From Lingula anatina (lineage: Eukaryota; Animalia; Brachiopoda), in assembly GCA_051362555.1 (NCBI GenBank), contig CM120640.1, positions 25,654,225 to 25,718,224 of the forward strand: 64,000 nt of DNA, in the 5' to 3' direction. Below, in pieces: positions 13,579-26,559 of the stretch; within the stretch, counting starts at the first letter, position 1; every line of letters begins with the position of its first letter. The position numbers and the translations under genes were made by a program. Below the pieces are notes generated by a model. It worked only from the letters and a program-made list of their open reading frames with translations, ran no database searches and was not told where the DNA came from.

Positions 13579-15154
13579 GTTGTTAAGCCTCTCTTCTGGT
13601 CCTCAAATCAAGTTCGGTCCCTTGGTTCTAAACTGTTAGCAAGAAACTCTGTACTGGTCCTACACCTGTAAATGTCCATCATGACGAGTTCAAACGTGTT
13701 CCCCAAACGTGTCCTTGGCTGACTCTATAATGGTCTCCAATATTTGAGGTTTAAAACTTTGAGAGGCTACCAAAAAACGTACGTAAGCTGAATGTTAGAA
13801 AGAAATGCATTTCAATTATTTAAAATTGTATTATTTGCTATAAGATATTCTCATATTTTTAAAGAACACAAAAGTTTTGCTGCGTGACTACCTTTATGAT
13901 GCTTAATACTACTACAATATTTATGGCGTTCTCTGCTTCTTGTTTTCAAGTTACATTCGTTGGTGATTGTTTGCATGTGTGTGTGTGGGGGGGGGGGGGG
14001 GGGGGCTACTCACTCACCCTCATGACCGTGCGTTCTTTATTCCGTTGCAAGTTAGTATAAGCTCTTATTTTCATATGGACGCGTATATTCCCGTGAATTT
14101 CCTAAATGTCCACTGGACTTTCAATAACTATAGTGATTCAGAGCTTAAATCAGAACTTAGTCCCTTATATAGGCACAGTATAACGGATTTTTACTGCATA
14201 CGTTTTATAAATCTATTAATACTGCAATTTATGTAAAAAGCTCCCTATGAAGGATAGTCTTGCTACTTTATTCTTTTATGCGTTTTGTTTTCAGAATTTT
14301 TTTTTTTTTTTCAATTTTCAGGATTTAGGGTTTAGGTATGGTCATTATAAAACTGCCAAAATGTAGGCGTTTTGTGCAAGTAGTAGAAATGGATTATATT
14401 ATTTTCGAATCAGCGGATCTAAAATAAACAAAGTTTATTAATAAACGCGCAATATATTCGTAATTAAAGCCTATTTGCCTGTTTGACTGCATTTAAACTA
14501 AGACGCAACTGACTGTTTGATTGACGGGGCTGGTTTAGAGATGTGCTGCATACCTTGTTGGTATTTATACCTAGTATAGGCCTTCACAAGCTATATATCC
14601 CATATCTTTCGGATAATGTTCAAGTGATGTTTTGCTACAGGATGACAACTTAACATCCCAATTGTATTGCTTTAGGAGCGTACAGTGAAGGGAATGTCAT
14701 GAAAACCCAGTGATCTGACCAAAGACATTGTGGCGATTTGATCGACTAATGGTAGAGGACAGATCCAGTATAACTACGTACATGTAGTATAAGTATGCAT
14801 ACCAATGCAATTTACTGTTATACAACGCCGTACTCCCTTGGGTAAAATTAAAGGCTAACATTCCCGTTTCAATTTACCACTTCAAGGGAAAGATTCAGAA
14901 CAGCGCCCTGCCCTGAATTTTGATCTAGTAAACTGACCACTGGAAACCACAAAATTTTCTTTAATGCCCGAAATCTGTGTAAATACTCGATCCCCACCAT
15001 TAAAAGTGCCACCGACCCTCACATTGACTGCCTCTCTTGTTATGGAGCACAATTCAAATTAATTTAAAAGAGACAAACCTAGCTGTTATTACAGAATCGG
15101 GATTCTTTTACATAGATTTTGTCTCGACTCCAGGGACGTCTCAATTTCCTTTTC

Positions 15155-15157
<3 letters not shown>

Positions 15158-15229
<72 letters not shown>
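15158..15229. repeat. (TA)n microsatellite
   Basis: About 35 TA units, directly visible. Confidence 0.98.
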
Positions 15230-15234
<5 letters not shown>

Positions 15235-16530
15235 GTAAAAGCGTTTTTCCTATATATATATATATAATAAAAAGAAAAAAAGTACAGCAACTTTTTTGCC
15301 CCGACCGGTTTCTTTCTTTCTTCAGGGGGTTTTGTTTATTTGTTACTAGGTGATGTCATAAAGGCTAAAATGTGACGTCTGTAACAATGGGTGTTTAATT
15401 GTTACTTTTACCAATACTTTTATCTATTCAATTTAGGTTTATACTTATTAATGAATATATTTTCTTTCATTTCCCTTTCTGTTTGGGTTGTTTCCCTAGT
15501 GAATTTATAAAATGGGAATACCGCAAAGTCCTTGTTTTTGTTCATAGAGCATTTCCTAATGTGCCCACTCACAGACGTGTGTTAAGATACTTCATGGTAT
15601 ATTACCACTTCATTATTTGTTGTCTGTGAACGGTCATTCTATGTCGGAGAGTGTTTCCAGTTTGTCCTATATAGTTCTCACCGCATCCACTGCAAGTTAA
15701 TACATAAATTAAGTTTGAGCTAGTGCAGGTGAATGGGTGTTTAATTCTAAAAGTAAGTCCATTTTTAAATGTTAGATGGCTACCCTCTTTAATTAGTGGA
15801 CAGGTACCACACCTGGGTACCTCACATTTCTGTACTCGTATTGTTGAGGTTTCCACAATTGTCCTGGAATTGTTTTCAAATTTTGCTTTTGTTAAAATTT
15901 GCTTTAGTGATGGACTTTGTCTCTTACTCTTTATAATCTGCATTTCGGTTAGTATCTCATTCATTTTGTTATCTTGTTTTACCAAAGGTAAGTTTCCAGT
16001 TATGACATTGTGTACTTCCGGATTTTTTGGATTATATGTTGATATGTATGGCTTCCTTTTTAATTTTGTCTTTGGTGGTCCTCAGGTCGTTCTTCGGTAT
16101 CTGTTTTGCCTTTTTAATCCCAGTTTGTATCAGTTGTCTTGGGTATTGTCTCCTTAATAGGAATCCTTCAAGCTCTTTGAGCCTTTGTTTTAATATGGTT
16201 TCATTTGAGACAATTGTGCATAGTCTTCGAGCTAGATTGTATGGTATGTTGTGCTTAATGTGTCTGGGATGACACGAGTTAAAAGGGAGATATTGTTTTG
16301 TGTCTGGTGTTTTGTAGTACACATCTGTCTCAATTTTTCCTTTTACACTCATTACCATAACATCGAGGAATGGGAGTTGTGTTGAATTTGAATCCATCGT
16401 GAATTGTAAACAGGTATGTAGGTTGTTGAGGATCAGGTTGAAATCTTCCAATTCATTTTCTGTTTTGTCTCAAATTATAAAACAGTCATCAAGGAAACGT
16501 TTCCATGTGTTTTCTAATTGATTCCTAGGT
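15230..16530 (-). mobile_element. Penelope-like retroelement fragment (RT C-terminus, Cys-rich linker, GIY-YIG endonuclease; Neptune-like)
   Basis: WKRFLDDCF at about 16480-16505. ORF 16032-16451 has LPFLDV, TDVYYK, SCHPRH and IPYNLARR. ORF 15602-15985 has CEVPRCGTC and CTSSNLIYVLTCSGCGENYIGQTG..LRHRM..H. Confidence 0.92.
15299..15329 (-). ncRNA. Minimal hammerhead ribozyme motif in the Penelope 3' repeat (stem II collapsed)
   Basis: The minus strand reads CCCC-CTGAAGA-aagaaa-GAAA-CCGG-TC-GGGG. Stem I, the core boxes, a palindromic ACCGGT stem III and a GUC triplet are present. Confidence 0.6.
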
Positions 16531-17064
16531 TCCAGTATTAAATTCAAGGTTACAGTATCAAATGACCATAAAACTGAAAAGACACTGGAAAATGTCACCA
16601 AATTAATACACGATTAGCATCAGGATGTGTTTTTAAAAGGCAGTGTGCCAATTAACGTGTGAGCCATATTTCATTCCATTCGTAATAGGTGTCTTCACGG
16701 GTGACTACAGGCTTCATCATGAAAAAGCACTTGCTTACACTTCTCCTCTGTTGTAGAAACGCAATGTTCTACTTGTTGTAGACACGCAATGTTCTACTTG
16801 TTGTAGACACGCAATGTTCTGAGGATGGAACGGCCATCTTTGAGTCCTTTTAGCACCAAGGGATGATGTGGAGTGGGCGGTAAAGAAAAGAACATATCAC
16901 CCAATAATCTGGAATAAATCCGTCAAGCTCTTCAGGAAGAATAGGACAATATCCCACTAAGCAGACTTAGGTGGTAACCCTTGTTGGAGGCACGCCGCGC
17001 TGCCTACATGAGTCAATTGCAGTGCACACGGTTTGTAAACGCGCTATTAGACAAGCGAGTCTTA

Positions 17065-17499
17065 GGGTGCATTCCCAGAGATTTAGATCGATCCAGAGAT
17101 TAAGATTTAGATCGACCTAACACCCTGGGGGTTCATGCTAAATTGCAGTCAGCCGTGCGCGCACCATAGTTAATTACCCTCTTACAGCTTTTAGTAGGCG
17201 GTATAGACGCTTAAGCCGGCTAAGCTGACAGTAATCTAGTGAGACTCTCCATAGCGATAGATCGATCGAAAATCTATGGGAATGGGGTCTTAGGGTGCAT
17301 TCCCAGAGATTTAAATTTAGATCGACCTATCTCCCTCGGGGTTCACGCTAAATTGCAGTCAGCCGAGCGCGCACCACAGTTAATTACCCCCTTACAGCTT
17401 TTAGTAGGCGAGACAGACGCTTAAGCCGGCTAAGCTGACAGTAATCTAGTGAGACTCCCCACAGGGATAGATCGATCTAAAATCTATGGAAATGGGGTC
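17065..17499 (+). mobile_element. Tandem dimer of a PIF/Harbinger-like MITE
   Basis: Two copies (17065-17289 and 17293-17499) with TTA at 17062-64, 17290-92 and 17500-02. Imperfect TIRs GGGTGCATTCCCAGAGATTTAGATCGATC and GATCGATCTAAAATCTATGGAAATGGGGTC. Confidence 0.9.
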
Positions 17500-19356
17500 T
17501 TAATGAGCACATTCTCGTAACTGTAAAACAATAATGACATAAGGTGTGTAACATTTTCTAAATAACAAACAGTGCGCGTGCGCGCACTCATGTGTGATTG
17601 CTTGCCTACACGTAGCTGATTTGAAATTAAAGGTGTCGTACCCGGGATTTTCCCGCCAAATCGAATTTTCCTCAAAATAGTTGTTCTTACTTATGAACCG
17701 TTGCTCGACCCGTTAATCTACTTGAATTCCGTGTGTTACCTCCGACCGAAAGATTCTTTTTTTTTTTTTTGTATCTTTGTGAAAGATAACGTTAATGCGC
17801 CAGATCTTCAGTTTTTGGCTCGTTTTTCTGTCTGATTTTTCTCTCACAAACACCTATTACAATTCTAACATTTAACAATTGGTATGCGAACGACATCGAT
17901 CTCGACCAGTGGGCCCATCACACGACTGCTTTCTCTCATTTATGATAAGGGCTACAGCGTGTGGCCGCTTTTCTATTACTTATGCTGCACCAACACAACC
18001 TGGGCCACAACGCGTGGCCGCATTAAAGGACAATGTTCATGTAAAAATCCATTTCTCGAATTTTGAAGATACAGCACTCAATCTATACACTAGAGGTATG
18101 TTTTAATCGATCCCCGCCATTTAAAAATTATAAAAACAATCTATTAGTAGAAAAAAAAGCGTTTTAGTAAACCTCACCTCAATATGCAAAAATGAAGCAA
18201 CAGATCTGGGTCACGTGGTACTGTGACGACAATCACGATAAAGGTCTATGAGACTCAACTGAGCTGCAGGTGCATACAGACGGAGAAGTTAAGGAAAGTT
18301 GTGTTGAACGGAGTTGAGGAATTTTCGTTATGCCTCGGTGTGTTGCCGTGGGATTCACCAAAATTGCAGCTCTCGTTGACAATCTTTCTTTGTCTGTGAC
18401 GGTCTTCCGTGACTTACTTACTAACTTCGGTGACAATAGTTGCGATGCTCTAGATCATGGTCACCTCAGGTGGTTTAGATCATATCAAGAGCTGGTAGTC
18501 TTTCAGATTAACTGTCATCAGTTGGCAAACTTACTGATTGCTGATGCATTTTAAATGCATTGTAGTTGACCAAAAGCTCGTTTACAACAAACCTGTTAAT
18601 TATGCACCGCTGCAATTCCCAAGCCAGGTAATAACAGGTATGAAACTCGTCTTGGTGGGCTTTCATATTTTTCAATATATCTCATTTATTTCATGGGGTT
18701 ATTTTATTGGTATTTGTAAATGACGTTAAATATCAATACTTAAACAATTAAGTTCAAACACGGTCGAGAACATTAATAAAAGAAATTGCTCTCAGGGTAT
18801 CTTGAAGCTTCCGTGGAAGAAAACGTGTTGAGGAAAAACAGGAAAAAGAGCGTTATATTAAAGAAAAAATGGGAACTGCTATAATAAAATGGTTCGTTAT
18901 CCTAATTCGTTTATGCTTTGAGGATTTGTTTCTGAAGATTATTTCATCTGAAATATTAAATAATTTAAAAGATTGATTATTTTATAACTTGAAACGCAAA
19001 TTCTGCGTCAGTACGCAATTTTTTTTTTTTTTTTTTTTTTTTTGCAAATTTGTAAGCTTATAACAACGTGCTATAAAGATCTACTCAAGAAAAAAATTTG
19101 CTTGGGTAAAATTGAGTACGGAATGAACTGGAGACACTGGGCTTGTCATTAAGTTTACACGAAAATATGTCAGGTAACTTTATACTGTCTTTGAAAGAGT
19201 AAAGATTGAAAGATAATTTTAGACAAACTTTGACGGGGGAAATACCTACAAAGAGTAATGGGCTATTTCGCCAACATCTTGTTGAAAATTTTACACTGCA
19301 ATTCTATTCAAATAAGCTAAGGAACTAATTGCCAAATTAATACTCTCATCACATAA

Positions 19357-19570
19357 CAGGGGGGTAACCAGACCTGCAAAAATTGTACGCATATATTTAA
19401 AAAGATTACAAGCACATACAGCAAAATGTAGACTTACGCAAAACATGAAGGACAGCGTAATCACAGCAAATGTACCTCATATAGTAGCTTAATTTCCATT
19501 AATAATAAAATCATCATTTAAGTCAAAAATATTCTTGCGATTTAATAACTATTTTAATTTACCCAGAACA
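19357..19570 (+). repeat. Dispersed repeat, hAT-like left end (second copy about 51656-51870)
   Basis: CAGGGG.GT.ACCAGACCT..AAAAATTGTACGCA...AATGTAGACTTACGCAA...ACCCAGAAC is shared by both loci. Confidence 0.65.
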
Positions 19571-20613
19571 GTATATTTATTTTGAAGGCGGTTAACTGAA
19601 ATATAGTTTTATGATTTGTTTGTGAAAATTGCCCATGTCACCCTGTTAGTTTGGAGGTCTAAGCTGGATCAAGTCCGTGTTAAAATTCCTATGAAGTTGT
19701 GCAGGAAAAATTCTTCCTTTCTTTCTCTAGCTCCTCGATAAACCTGGTGTTCAGATTTTATCTAGTACCCCCAGGTCTACGGGAGCTGCGCTTTGTAACT
19801 AACGCACAGGTAGATTTTTACCTGAGATAACTGGAGTAAAGCTTAGATAGAGAGTGCGTTCGATACAAGCAAGACAAATTGAATGCCATTTAACCCTCTA
19901 ATTAAGAGGTAAAGGAAGTTCCAGGTAGATGGATGATTAAGATAGGACTTGTAAAGGTAACGGGCATTGTTTACCTCAGTTTAATAAAAGTATGCAAGAC
20001 GGAGTGTCAGCGGTTTAATAAAATAAATTGAATTTCACAAATAACATGGACCTCATATGCAATAATCAACATTTCCCTTAACTCATTCAAATGCAGTGTT
20101 TTATACAACTTGGGATAACCATAATGAAATGCTTGTTAAAGAAATGACTAGACGGGAAATGGTTTTACACAGCTTCACGAGGATTTAGACCCCTCGGGTA
20201 AGAGATTTGAATGAGTATAAACTTTTATGAGAAGCCAGAGAAGTCATCTTACAGGTAGACAATGCAGCTCAGTTTGACAGCTAAGCACGCTCTGTTCTCC
20301 AGTGGCTCGATTGTCGTCATTGGACCACGTGACCACGTAGCTCATTAACTCCCAGGCCGAGCAAATAGGACGTTTTTTAAAGCCAAAAATTTACAAAATG
20401 AGCTTTTAATTTGTGTATTTGGATAAAGATATCGTTAGTTGGGCATGTTTTCTGAAGAATATGTTCCGTTCAGGCCATTCTGACGGCATGAAGCAAACCC
20501 TTTAAGCCAAGTGCAAATATGCTATAGCTTGATTTATATTTAGATAGTTACATTCACGTACAATTACTCTTTCGCCTTGATTTCTGCCAATGGGCCCATT
20601 ACGAGGCCGCTTT

Positions 20614-20781
20614 CAGGGGCGGATCCAGGGTCATTTTCTGACAGTCTTCCAATTTATCTTTCTTGGTCCATCCTCCATTTTTGACCGTCTTCCGACAGAA
20701 AAAATTAGATACCCATCAACGTAAAGTTGAAAATCTGACCGTCTTCCGGAAGACCCAGAAGACGCCCTAAATCCGCCCCTG
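20614..20781. mobile_element. hAT-like MITE with 5-bp TSD
   Basis: CAGGGGCGGAT...ATCCGCCCCTG, flanked by GCTTT on both sides. Confidence 0.75.
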
Positions 20782-21989
20782 GCTTTCTCTTATTTATACA
20801 AATGGCTGCAGCGCCTGGCTAAATCTCTGGGAATGCACCCTTAATTGTGCACCTATTGCAACTTAACTTGCCGACATATTGTACATAAGTTGTAACCTTC
20901 CATTAATTAATTATTATTACGATAACAAACACAGTGCATTACTATGGATATCTTTAACTAGCAATTGGCCTAGCAACATAGATTCTGCAATTTGTAAAAC
21001 TAAATCGCTAGCATTCAAATAAGCTGTTCTGTTCATCTCAGTGAACCAGATTATAAATCAATCATTTATTTCTATTAATACACTTCCTTATGCTTTCCTC
21101 TTTTGAGCTGGCAGGGCTCTCCTATCCCTCTCATCTCTGCCATATGGAGTCTATACTTCCTTTCTTCATTTTAGAGAAACATGGATCAACCCCCGGGAAT
21201 CCCAACACTGGGGGAAGCCGTCTACTGGGTCATGACCCCCGGCCCCAGCACCCCATACAGCATATTCCCAACCCCTGCAATGATGACAGGACCCAGAACA
21301 ACAGTAGCCGGGACACAAAGCCACAGCGTGACCTCAACCCCTCCAGTAGGAGCCACCAACACAGTAACCACCACAAGTCAGCACAACCTCGCAGCAATGG
21401 GGACAGCGACAACACAAGCTCAGCCTCGCCCTCCCCCCCCCCCCCCCCAATCCCACTCCTTTCCCTCAAGTTCACAAGCCCTCCCTTACCCCCAACTCGC
21501 AGGAAACATTCCAGTCCCCACTGCCTCTCCCGCCCAGACCCGGCTCCTAGGCACCAACGTGACAAACCCCCCTCACTATCTCTCCCATGCCCCCGACCAA
21601 GCTCAATATACTCCCTCCCACCTCCACTCAGTCAATAACAGATGTGAGAAACCCCCTTCCCTCCTCTCCCTTCCATTATCAAGGCTAGCCTCACTCCCAG
21701 CCTGTGCCCAACCCAGACCAAGCCCAACACAACGTGCCCGCCCACTACCCCATGGTCCAAGCCAACACCGCCCATCTCTCTTCTCAATTCCATGCGGCCA
21801 CAACTATGCCCCTCCAGGCCACGCCCCTTTTAATCACTATTCCAGCCACACCTTGCCCCAAGATGAAGCCCATGACCTCGGTACTCCAGGTAAGAAAATT
21901 CCTAGAACTAATATAGATCACCACGTCAACTCAAAATCGAGACAAAAAAAATTGGGATGATGATTATATCAATGTGAAAGATCTCCTCC

Positions 21990-23074
21990 CCCTTGTTTTC
22001 TACTGGGTTTTTCCCTAAAATCACAGAACTATTTTGATTAAAATTTACCCATGGGCTTACGTTCCAGTTGTCAAAAATTCAAAACCTTTAATTCGGCCAT
22101 AGAGTGGATAGCTAAAAACAAGTTTCAGATACCTGATATCCTACACTTGCTTGATGATTTCCTCATCCTGGCCCCAACCAAACAAGAATGTCAAAAACGG
22201 CTTGATCGTTTCATAGGAGTACCATTAGCCCCGGAAAAAACTACTTCCCCAGCTACTGTAATATCCTTCGCAGGTATAGAACTGGACACCTCACTGCAGG
22301 AGGCCCGCTTGCCCCCAGAAAAAAAATCAAAAACTGCCTAGAACTAGTCCATGCCCACATATCCAAAAAGAAAATAACACTACATGACCTCCAATCGATC
22401 ATTGGCCTTTTAAATTTCTGCTGCTTTATTATCCCGGTCGGGAGGGCCTTTTTAAGACGGCTCATCAATCTAACCATTGGGACGACCCAACCCCACTACA
22501 AAATTCGCCTCAACAATGAAGCCCGTGCTGACCTTTCTATGTGGAAAATATTCCTCCAAACCTTTAATGGGCGGGGCTTCTTCTACGATGATCTTTGGTC
22601 TTTGTCCTCAGCAGATTGCATTTTCACAGACTTATCCGGAGGTAATGGATATGGGGCACTATGTGATACCAAGTGGTTTTATGGTCAGTGGCCACAGGAA
22701 CTAAGAGGTTTCAAAATTGCCATTCTTGAACTTTATCCAATTGTCCTGGCCTTTTTCGTTTGGGGAGATCACTTGAAAAACAAAAAAGTAACAGTCTTTT
22801 CGGGCAATGATCATTCGAAGCCTTGATTTACATTCTTAATAAATGCACCTCGAAGGACCATTCTATAATGCTACTATTGAGAAAACTTATTCTGTATTGT
22901 TTAAAGAACAGCATTAACTTTCGAATCACCCACATACCTGGCGTGGACAATTGCGCCACTGATGCCCTCTCTCGATCCAATTTACAGGCCTTCAGAAGAC
23001 TGCAACCACTGGCAGATCCTCATCCTACCTCTATTCCCCCAGCTTGGTCACTAGACAACTTACTGAAGAATTGA
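21990..23074 (+). pseudogene. DIRS/Ngaro reverse transcriptase-RNase H, frameshifted, N-terminus deleted
   Basis: Motifs LPMGLRSSC..F, LHLLDDFLIL, GVPLAPEKT, FAGIELDT, IFTDLSG..GYGA, IAILELYPIV and HIPGVDN..DALSR. Confidence 0.9.
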
Positions 23075-24116
23075 ATAGCACATTGGAAGCTGCCCTCGCA
23101 AAGAACACCAGGAGGACTTACAGCAAAATTGAGCCGCTTTTATTGGAATTGCAACAAAAAATTGGCCTGAAAGCATTCCCTTCAGATCCAGCAGTCACAG
23201 CCCTAGTTGTACAATATCTAAGTGAACGATACAGGCCATCATTCATCAGGACTCACCTATCTGCGTTAAGCTACAAATACAAGATGGCAAGCATCCCGGG
23301 CCCAACGTTTGCTTTCATAGTTAGCAATTCAAGGTCTGGAGAAGAAAAACCCCTCATGCGACAAAAGGTCCCCAGTTACTTTGTCAGTCCTACATACTCT
23401 GATACAGAGTCTTAGGGTGTATTCCCAGAGATTTTGCAGTCAACCGAGCGCGCACCATAGTTAATTACCCCCTTACAGCTTTCAGTAGGCGGGACAGACG
23501 CTTAAGCCGGCTAAGCTAACAGTAATCTAGTGAGACTCCCCACAGGGGTGGGTCGATCTAAAATCTATGGAAATGGGGTCTTACCGTCTGTACGCAGTCA
23601 GCCTACGAAGCACACTTAATCGCTGCCATGTTTACGCTTGCATTCTTTGGACTCTTGAGGATAAGTGAAGTTGTATCCAGCGATACCGACCACCATCTTC
23701 AACTTGAAAACGTTAAGATAAATCAGCCTGAAGGCACCATCACCTTACATCTCCCTTCTTTTAAACATGCAAGTCAGAACTCGAATCACACTGTGATCAT
23801 TCGCAAACAAATGACTAAGGTATGTCCTGTGAGATGGGTCTCCGAATACGCATCCCTACGCCCTAGCACAAGCTATAGACACTTCTTCGTTCACGCTGAT
23901 GGATCCCCAGTTCGCACCCAGGATTTCAATATATATATAGCCTACTTAGAACACTGTGTGAAGACAGCTAACCTCTCCCACCTGAACATTAAAAGCCATA
24001 GATTTCGTATTGGCAGTGCTTCACGTATTGGCATGTCGGAAACTCAAATCAAACTCCTAGGCAGATGGACATCAGACGCATATAAAAATACCTCCGGTTT
24101 TAATTATTTTTATTAA
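23044..24116 (+). pseudogene. DIRS/Ngaro tyrosine recombinase interrupted by a MITE
   Basis: Motifs AFFGLLRISE, SHRFRIG and IKLLGRWTSDAYK. Removing 23415-23580 plus one TTA restores LHTLIQSLTVCTQSAYEAHLIAAMFTLAFF. Confidence 0.9.
23415..23580 (+). mobile_element. Harbinger-like MITE (same family as 17065), internally deleted
   Basis: TTA TSD at 23412-14 and 23581-83. Confidence 0.9.
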
Positions 24117-24789
24117 TCTTATATTGTTTCAGATTCTTAGCACTAGCGACTAGAAGTGTCACTTAATCAGATCATGTTTTCCTTCAATATGCTAATAAGA
24201 GAGCACTCACAAAATCTGGGCACTAATATTCATTGCCCATGCACGTGTCCATTGTATTCAAAAATAGAATAGTGAATCTTATAGAACGTCAGTTATTTAG
24301 GATTCTTGGTACTACGGTCTGTAATTGTCACTTAACCATGTTTTGCTAATCCGAGAGCAAAGAAAAACTGGGCATGAACAATCACTATCATGCAGATTGC
24401 TTATTAATTTGATATGTAAACGTCAAAAAATCCTCCATGATCCTCGGTCCAGGGGTCTTGGTTCTTGGAGGTTTTTAGGTTCTAGAAAATTATGTTATTA
24501 GGATAGAGATTCTATATTCATATTTGATAGGTATATTCCCATTTCCTTGATGGGTCAACTTCCAAAATCCTCCGTGGTCCTCGGTCCAGGGGTCTTGGAC
24601 TGTGGAGATCTTTGAATTTCATAATTCATATACTAATTCTGTATTCCATTTTGAGAGACATTAAATCATATTTGTATTTTACAAGCTAATCTCAGCCTGT
24701 TTCTTACAATTGTTACACATTATATCAATTTTTGGGTGGGGCAGAAAACTTACCGAGCCCCACCATTCGGTTTTACGATAAGTTTTCTA

Positions 24790-25648
24790 TGGCGGGAAGT
24801 AATCCCCACCTTTTATGATCTCCAGAGTTCAGCTATAAGATTTGCGTAATCCATCTTAATATTATGCAATTGGCAGCTCGCGAACCGCGATCCATTACGT
24901 AGGAAGTGACTCCATTGCCCCATTACTTTATCCATTATCAACCCTTAGATCATAAAATGAACAAAAATTGGATATATGAATATAAAGTCTTAGCTAATGA
25001 TAAATAAAGATTATTGCATGCCCATAATCTGATTTATCAAGCTAAGATTTTACCCGAGTCGGTTCCTACACCTGTCTGTGTAAATAACATTACGTCATCC
25101 ATTTAATCTTCTGGCATTATAAGCCAATCGCGACGCGGGTTTGAATCACGTGGGGATAATAACAGAAACGACGCTTCTTTCGCGCTTTCCCGAAGATACT
25201 CTTTAGCTTACAGCTCAGTCGTACTGACGAATAAGCCAAGCGCTAAAGTACCCTGTAGAAGTCAACCCCGAACAACATTAATACCAATCAAGGGTAAGTT
25301 ACTGCCTTCGTTTATTCACTTTCCCACCCAACCCTATTCCCCTTTTACATTCAACTCACATGCTTCTGTCCACATTTCTCAACACTTACCTAAAGTACAT
25401 GTAGTATCAATTCTTATGATACTCAAATAGTTGGCGGGAAGTAATCCCCACCTTTCATGATCTACAGAGTTCAGCTATAAGCTTTGCGCAATCCAACATA
25501 ATATTATGCAATTGGCAGCTCGCGAACCGCGATCCATTACGTAGGAAGTGACTCAATTGCCCCATTACTTTATCCATTATCAACCCTTAGAGAATAAAAT
25601 GAACAAAAATTGGATATATGAATATAAAGTCTTAGCTAATGATAAATA
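24790..25648 (+). repeat. Split direct repeats of the YR element: B1 24790-25006 and B2 25432-25648
   Basis: Two near-identical 217-bp copies (TGGCGGGAAGTAATCCCCACC...GCTAATGATAAATA) separated by about 425 bp. Confidence 0.92.
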
Positions 25649-25988
25649 CATTGCACGCAATCTCAAGCTTAAAGGTTGCAAGTAAATGGAACTTGATAGC
25701 GGAGTACAGTGCGTAGTATTTCTCAATATTTTAATTGCAGCTTATTCTATTTATTAAAGCCACGGTATGGTAAAGCCATGGCAAATATCATCGCGGCCAC
25801 AAAGAGGATTTAAAGATGCATACAAAGTCAATTTTTTGTCACAAAAACCAACCAAATGCCAGCATATTATAGTTTCAAGTAGTATAACTACACTAAGAAT
25901 AAAATTGGAGTCATTTGACTCTCTAGTCAGAGTCCAGCACCCCCTGGCTCTCATGGAGTCAATCTGACAGTCCCAGGTCCAAGCGTTA

Positions 25989-26307
25989 TGTAACCTTCCA
26001 ACTCGGAGAATATATCCATATTCAGAGATATTGAAGTCCCTGTATCTAGTTTTAATGATAGACCGTTCATACCGGATATAGTTATTTACTAATAGATTTA
26101 TGCCACGCAGGAATCAGTACGATTCCCTATAAAAACTGGGACTCTATAGTAGAAAGGGAGAGACCCCGGGAGATCGTCACGTCTGTCCCTGCTTGCGTGC
26201 TAGCCTGTAGTCCGTATGAGAGGAATAAAGACTATTTAAAACACAATTTATCTGTTGTGTATTCAAGCCGCCGTTCTCTCAAAAATTAGTAACCAACAAA
26301 GGTTACA
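25989..26307 (+). mobile_element. Solo LTR
   Basis: Inverted termini TGTAACCTT...AAGGTTACA, with an internal CTATAAAAA followed by AATAAA. No clean TSD. Confidence 0.7.
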
Positions 26308-26559
26308 GTATTACATGACCATAAAACTGAAAAGACACTGGCAAATATCACCAAATTAATACACGATTAACATGAGGGTGTGTCTTTAAAAAGCAGTGTG
26401 CCTATTAACGTGTGAGCCATATCTCATTTCATTTGTAATATGTGTCTTCACGGGTGACTACAGGCTTTATCATGGAAAATCACTTGCTTACAGTTCTCCT
26501 CTGTTGTAGACACGCAATGTTCTACTTGTTGTAGACACGCAATGTTCTGGAACGGCCAT

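Larger units (their letters stand above)
11985..17864 (+). repeat. Local duplication, copy 1 (paralog of 25646-28528)
   Basis: Collinear direct blocks: 11985-12150 with 25646-25813, 13366-13578 with 25968-26168, 16546-17064 with 26299-27520, and 17500-17864 with 27518-28528. The copies differ by substitutions and copy-specific insertions. Confidence 0.9.
21100..25648 (+). mobile_element. Ngaro/DIRS-type tyrosine-recombinase retrotransposon, degenerate
   Basis: A Pro-rich gag-like ORF (21181-21960) is followed by RT, RNase H and YR remnants and 3' split direct repeats B1-A-B2. The 5' boundary is approximate. Confidence 0.9.

Noticed and set aside
16750-16819. 25-bp triple repeat as an array
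   Set aside because: It is a simple tandem duplication without spacers.
21090-21960. Pro-rich host gene
   Set aside because: These are overlapping low-complexity ORFs directly upstream of the DIRS RT and are best read as the gag-like region.
23044-24116. Phage integrase or horizontally acquired recombinase
   Set aside because: It is linked to RT/RNase H and split repeats, so it is the YR of a DIRS/Ngaro element.
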